32,000 nt of DNA from NCBI GenBank assembly GCA_000151265.1, contig GG663750.1, forward strand, positions 124,195 through 156,194, written 5' to 3'. A model generated the notes under the pieces. The model did not search any database. It saw only the letters and a list, made by a program, of their open reading frames with translations, and was not told the origin of the DNA. Both the position numbers and the translations under genes were made by a program. This document shows positions 27,577-32,000 of this stretch, piece by piece. The stretch comes from Micromonas pusilla. Taxonomy: Eukaryota. Position 1 is the stretch's first letter. Each line of letters opens with the position of its first letter.

Positions 27577-28562
27577 TCAGTCGTACGACACGTCGACGAC
27601 CGCGCGCGGGGTGTGCTGCCGCACGACCACCTTGGCGAGCGCGAGGAGCTTCGACGCCGCGGCGTACGTGGGGTTCGCCTGCATCCCGCCCTTGGTCGGC
27701 GTCGAGATTTTTTCTTCCTCTTCTCGGACGTTTTTTCGTTTGTCCGCGGCGCCCGACGAGGACTCTTTGCCCGCTTCGTTCTCTTTCCCCAGCGGCGTCG
27801 ACGGCGCCGGCGTCGCCCCCGCCGCCGCGTCCGTCGCCGCGTCGCCCCGCACGTTCTCCGGCAGCGCGCTGAGCGACGACGACGAATCGCTCGTCGCCGC
27901 CGCGTTGTCGCCCGCGGCGGCGTCGATCGCGAGCTTCCCTTCGAAGTACACCACCTCCGTTATCCCGGACTGAATGATCAGCTTGCTGCACTCGTTGCAC
28001 GGATACATGGTGACGTACATCGTCGCCCCGTTCAAGCTCTGCGAGTTTTTATTCATGATCGCGTTCATCTCCGCGTGGCACACGTACGCGTATTTAGTCT
28101 CCATGGGGTCGTCGGTGGGCGAACGCTTGGCCCAAGGGAGCGATCGATCGCTGCACCCGCGCGGGAAGCCGTTGTACCCGACGCCGGAGATGACCTTGTC
28201 CGCGCCGACGATGACCGCGCCGACTTGCTTGTTCGGGTCCTTGCTGCGCTGCGCGGAGAGGAACGCGACGGACATGAAGTAGTCGTCCCACGAGAGATAG
28301 TCGCGCCGTCCCTCCGCGCTGAACGGATCGGGTTTCTTCTTTCCGACGCCGCGCCTCGAGAGCGGCGGCGTCGCGGGCGCGTCGCATCGCGGGCAGACGA
28401 CGGAGAGCTCGGAGGAGGAGGAGGAGGACGGCGCCGGCGGCTTGGGCGGGTCGAGCTCGCGCGGGGATCTCAGCGACGCGACCGTCGGCGCCTTGGACGG
28501 CGTCCGTGGCGGGCTCGACGACGACGGCGAGATGGGGATCTTCTTCTTCGTGCGCCGATCGC

Positions 28563-28600
<38 letters not shown>

Positions 28601-28692
28601 CGTCGATCGAGGAGGGATTTCATGATGTCCTGGAGCTTCGCGCCCGCGAGCGCGGACGCGATCGCGACGAACGCGACGTTCACGCCGGCCAT
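27577..28692 (-). CDS. Deoxycytidylate (dCMP) deaminase with long low-complexity N- and C-terminal extensions; intronless
   Basis: ATG-to-stop ORF of 371 aa. [42 protein letters not shown] and [25 protein letters not shown] form the zinc-binding HAE/PCxxC signature. Confidence 0.9.
28564..28599. repeat. (GTCCGC)6 hexanucleotide repeat
   Basis: Encodes (AD)6 on the minus strand in the dCMP deaminase N-terminal extension. Confidence 0.9.
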
Positions 28693-28866
28693 GACGTCGC
28701 GGACGACGAGCTGGCCGATCGATGGCGCGAAGTTTTGAATGAAACTCCCTCCAAGTCAGCAAAGCACTCGCGTAAAACGCGCGCTCCGACAGATGACGAC
28801 GTCACACTAGATCCGCGCGCGGGCCACGCGCGGCGAACGCACAGCACAGGCGACACGACGCGCGCG

Positions 28867-30742
28867 ATGATCGCGATACGCTCGGCGCCGACGTCCGTGC
28901 CGCGCGCGCCGAGCGCGCCGCGCGCGCGCGGCTCGCCCGGACGCGCGACAACGCGCGCGAACGCGAGCGCGCGACGACGCGCCGTCGTCGTCCCTCCTTC
29001 CGCCTCGTCGTCGCGAAGCGTCGCCGCCGCGTCGGCGTCGGCGTCGACGGCGACGGCGAGCGCGACGTACGAGCTGCGCCCCGACGCCGTCCCGTCGACG
29101 CAGCGCGCGTCGTCCTCCTCCGCGGCGCCGCCCGAGCTCGTCCTCTACCGCGACACGAACGCGTGGTGCCCGTTCTGCGAGCGCGTCTGGCTCGCGCTCG
29201 AGGCGAAGGGGGTGTCGTACACGTGCGAGTTCGTGGACCTAAGGCGCGTTCACGTTTCGCTTTCGTTTCGTTTTTCACCCGTCGCTCGGGGTCAACGTTC
29301 GATCGCGTCCCCTTTCAACTGACCGACGAACGAACGTTTTTTGTACGGACATCAGAAATAAGCCCAAGTGGTTCACGGACTTGGTGCCCACAGGGCTCGT
29401 CCCCGCCGCGCGGTTCGCGGCGGACGACGCGCTGGTGTGGGAGTCTATGGACATCCTTCGCGAGCTCGAGACGCGGTTCCCGGACGCGCCCGCGCTGACG
29501 CCGGCGGACGAGGACGGCGCGGCGAAGATGGAGGCGTTCATCGCGCGCGAAGTCGAAGGCGCGTTCTATCTCACACTGGTTCCCATACGACCGCGTCGGC
29601 GTGGTGAACGCCGATCCTTAAGGACTTTACTTCCCGGCGATTCTCTCCGCCTAGGGTCCCACGCGTTCAATCCCCGCCCGCGACGCCTTTCAACTTCAAC
29701 TGACGCCTTTCAACTCCACCCTGACGTCCGCTCGTATGTAACGGCCCCAAGCCGACGACGCCGTCGTCGCGGTCGGGTACAAGTACCTCACCGGAGGCGG
29801 CTTCGGCGCCGCGAAGGACCCGGAAGATCTGCCGAAACTCCGAGCCGAACTCGAGGTCGCGGTCGCGCGAGCGAAACCGCACTTCGCGAACGGTTTCATC
29901 GTCGGCGACGCGATGACCACCGCGGACGTTCTCGTCGCGCCCGCGCTCGAACGACTCGCCGCGAATTTGCTCACGTTTCGCGGCTACGATCTCCGGTGCG
30001 TTCTATCTTACACTGGTCCCCGTACGAGCGCGTCGGCGATGTGAACGCCGATCCTTAAGGGCTTTCTCTCCCGGCGCATCTCTCCGCCCACACCTCGCTT
30101 TCAATCCCGACACACCTCGGCGCCTTTCAACTCCATCTGACGCCTTTCAACTCCACCCCGACGTCGCTTCGTAGAGCGGAGTTCGAGCCGTGGTTCCTCG
30201 CGATGGAGGCGACGCCGGCGTACCGCGCGGTGATGGGCGATCCGGAGACGCACAACACGGTCGTGCGGCAGCTGTTCGGGCTGAGCAACGGCGAGGCGTC
30301 GCTCCCGCCGCCGCCGGCGTCGGTGCCGGAGACGCCGACCGGCGCGAAGGAGGCTGGGACGTGTCTATCGAACAACATGGACGCCGTCGTCGCGGACGCG
30401 TTGAAAAACTCGGGCGTGGACGCCGACGCCGACGACGCGGAGGCGATCGTGCGGACGTACTTGGAGACGCTCGCGGCGAGTCTTCTCGCGGACGGCGACG
30501 GCGACGGCGTCGCCGCGGCTCGACCGATCGCGCCGCATCCTCGGCCGTCGATGGCTGCGCTCAAATCGATGGACGACGACGCCGCCGCGAACGCGGTGAA
30601 GAAAGCCGCGAGAGCGCGCGCGATGGGCGCGGCGACGCTCGCGTTCGTGCGGAACCGCGTGAGCGCGCCGAGGGACATGAGCGCGCACGCCGCGGTGGCG
30701 TTCCGCGCCGCCGCGGACGCGTTCCTGACGAGCGTGTATTAG
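28867..30742 (+). CDS. Glutathione S-transferase-like protein (thioredoxin-fold N-domain with a CPFC motif), transit-like N-terminus, 4 exons
   Basis: Exons 28867-29243, 29356-29558, 29752-29995, 30175-30742. ELVLYRDTNAWCPFCERVWLALEAKGVSYTCEFVDLR|NKPKWFTDLVPTGLVPAARF..VWESMDILRELETRFPD..|..GDAMTTADVLVAPALERLAANLLTFRGYDLR|AEFEPWFLAMEATPAYRAV. All three introns are introners and all phases are consistent. Confidence 0.8.
29244..29355 (+). mobile_element. Introner element, B-type (short)
   Basis: CTAAG|GCGCGTTCACGTTTCGCTTTCGTTTCGTTTTTCACCCGTCGCTCGGGGTCAACGTTCGATCGCGTCCCCTTTCAACTGACCGACGAACG..GGACATCAG|A. 112 nt, phase 2. Confidence 0.8.
29559..29751 (+). mobile_element. Introner element, IE1-type, full length
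   Basis: TCGAAG|GCGCGTTCTATCTCACACTGGTTCCCATACGACCGCGTCGGCGTGGTGAACGCCGATCCTTAAGGAC..CACCCTGACGTCCGCTCGTATGTAACGGCCCCAAG|CC. 193 nt, phase 1. Confidence 0.9.
29996..30174 (+). mobile_element. Introner element, IE1-type, tail truncated
   Basis: CTCCG|GTGCGTTCTATCTTACACTGGTCCCCGTACGAGCGCGTCGGCGATGTGAACGCCGATCCTTAAGGGC..CCCCGACGTCGCTTCGTAG|A. 179 nt, phase 2. Confidence 0.88.
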
Positions 30743-30812
30743 ACGACAGACTGATCGGAAGAGATGCGTACAGTAGGATAAAAAAAATTCGAGTTCGCTC
30801 GTTCGCTCGTCG

Positions 30813-31554
30813 TCACGCGTCTTCCGCGACGCCCGCGGCGGCGTCGCGCCTCCCGCGGACGACGCCTTTCACGCTCGCCCGCCGCGTCGCTCGGCGTCGC
30901 ACCGTTCGCTGCGTCTCCACCGCCTCGCGCGCTTCCGCGGCGCCGTCCGACCCCGTCCGCGCGGAGGTTGAGGTTCGCTTCGCCGCCCCCGCCGCCGCCG
31001 CCGCCGCCGCCGCGTCGCCGAGTAAGACCCCCTCCACGCGCAGCCCCAAACCGACGCTCAGCGCCTGCATGTCCGCGGGCATGTCGACCGCCAGTCGCAT
31101 CGTGTTTTTCGTCCGCGGGTGCTTCACCGCGAGGTTCCACGCGTGAAGCGCCATGCGGCCTTCGAACCCGCCCGACGCGGGACGCAACGCGTCGTCGTAC
31201 TTTTCGACGCCGACGCTCAAACTTTTCGCGTCGAAGAACAGCCTCCGCCTCGCGGCAGCCTCCCTCGCCTCTTTCCCGATTCTATCAGAGATTCCCGCCG
31301 CGTCTTCGTCTTCGCCGCCTTCGCCTTCGCCGCCTTCGCCCGCCGACGCGACGGTTCGAGACGCCGACCGTCGCGTCTTTTCGCGTTCCACCGCCGCCAG
31401 CGCGTCCTCCACCGTCACGCCGTACAACGCGTCGCCGACGATGGGCAGCCCCGCGTGCGCGAGATGCAACCGCACTTGATGCGTCCGCCCCGTCAGCGGC
31501 CGCGCGAGCACGAGCGCGGTGCCGACGATTCGCTTCCCCGTGAACTTCCCACCG

Positions 31555-31588
<34 letters not shown>

Positions 31589-32000
31589 ACGATTCGTATT
31601 CGTATTCTTCCTCGTCCGGACTTCGCGAAGGGGGCCTCCCGACGGCGCGCGACAGGATCTGGTACTCTGTGCTCGCGGGCTTCCCGTCCGGCGTCACCGC
31701 GCGTATGCACCGCCCGCCGTCGTCGTTCTCGCCGTCGATGTCCGGCTCGCGCGCCGCGTCGCCGATCGCGGCGTCGACGACGCGCACCTCCCCGGGACGG
31801 TGTCTCTCGAAATCGAAATCGTCGTCCGACTCGTCCGACGCGTTCGCCGCGTCTTCCAGTATCGCGCACACGGCGAGGTACGTCTTCCGCGCTTCCCTTC
31901 GCTCGAACGCGCCCTGCAGCGCGCTCGCGGAGGGCTTATCCTTCGCGAGCATCAAAACCCCGCTGGTCTCGAGGTCGAGCCTGTGCACCGCGATCGGTTC
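30813..32000 (-). CDS. RluA-family pseudouridine synthase; 3' part of a gene whose 5' end lies beyond the right edge
   Basis: Open frame from nt 32000 down to the stop at 30813. (EPIAV)HRLDLETSGVLMLAKD is the catalytic Asp motif, and LTGRTHQVRLHLAHAGLPIVGDALYG is present. Long acidic and Ala-rich insertions. No intron in the window. Confidence 0.85.

Noticed and set aside
2493-30174. Interspersed conserved ~180-nt repeats separated by unique sequence, superficially CRISPR-like
   Set aside because: Spacing is irregular (0.1-3 kb), the copies occur on both strands and are diverged, and they are far longer than CRISPR repeats. They lie inside eukaryotic protein-coding genes with splice-site termini.
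1-32000. Prokaryote-style annotation (operons, RBS, GTG/TTG starts as used by the ORF track)
   Set aside because: Conserved proteins are split by GY..AG introns with branch-point-like CTGAC motifs. The tRNA has internal A and B boxes and no encoded CCA. The gene products (Whirly, TALE homeobox, PHD/RING, CP12, ARF-GEF) are eukaryotic.

Overview
GC-rich (about 65-70%), very compact eukaryotic nuclear DNA, not prokaryotic. I infer a Mamiellophyceae green alga, and the repeat family looks like the Introner Elements I recall from Micromonas pusilla CCMP1545. I find 16 protein-coding genes (about one per 2 kb, on both strands, with short divergent and convergent spacers) and one tRNA-Gly(GCC). The main feature is a family of repetitive spliceosomal introns. 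Twenty copies share the core CCGTACGACCGCG..GGTGAACGCCG.TCCTTAAGGACTTT, and nine more introns or relics belong to related modular families. Every genic copy lies in the sense orientation of its host gene. Each sits exactly where a conserved protein is interrupted (E1 alpha/beta, carotenoid cleavage dioxygenase, FBPase-2, Whirly, GST, UAA transporter). Removing a copy restores the reading frame and the alignment in every case but one, the composite intron at 3475..3791. By my hand-built models 26 of 36 introns are repeat-derived, and 17 of 36 appear to use a GC donor (GCGCGT) instead of GT. Secondary observations: imperfect terminal inverted repeats in the elements; duplicated exon flanks at 3'-truncated copies; one composite double element that breaks frame; chimeric elements; antisense relics just upstream of two start codons; a fused E1 alpha-beta 2-oxoacid dehydrogenase gene; and a zinc-ribbon gene built from near-identical 240-bp repeats. 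Most long ORFs in the supplied track are Arg/Ala-rich wrong-frame artefacts of the GC content. One real gene (1..951, minus) is missing from the track because it runs off the window edge. All coordinates were derived by hand from the sequence, so splice sites may be off by a few nt. No searches were run, and product names rest on recognised motifs only.
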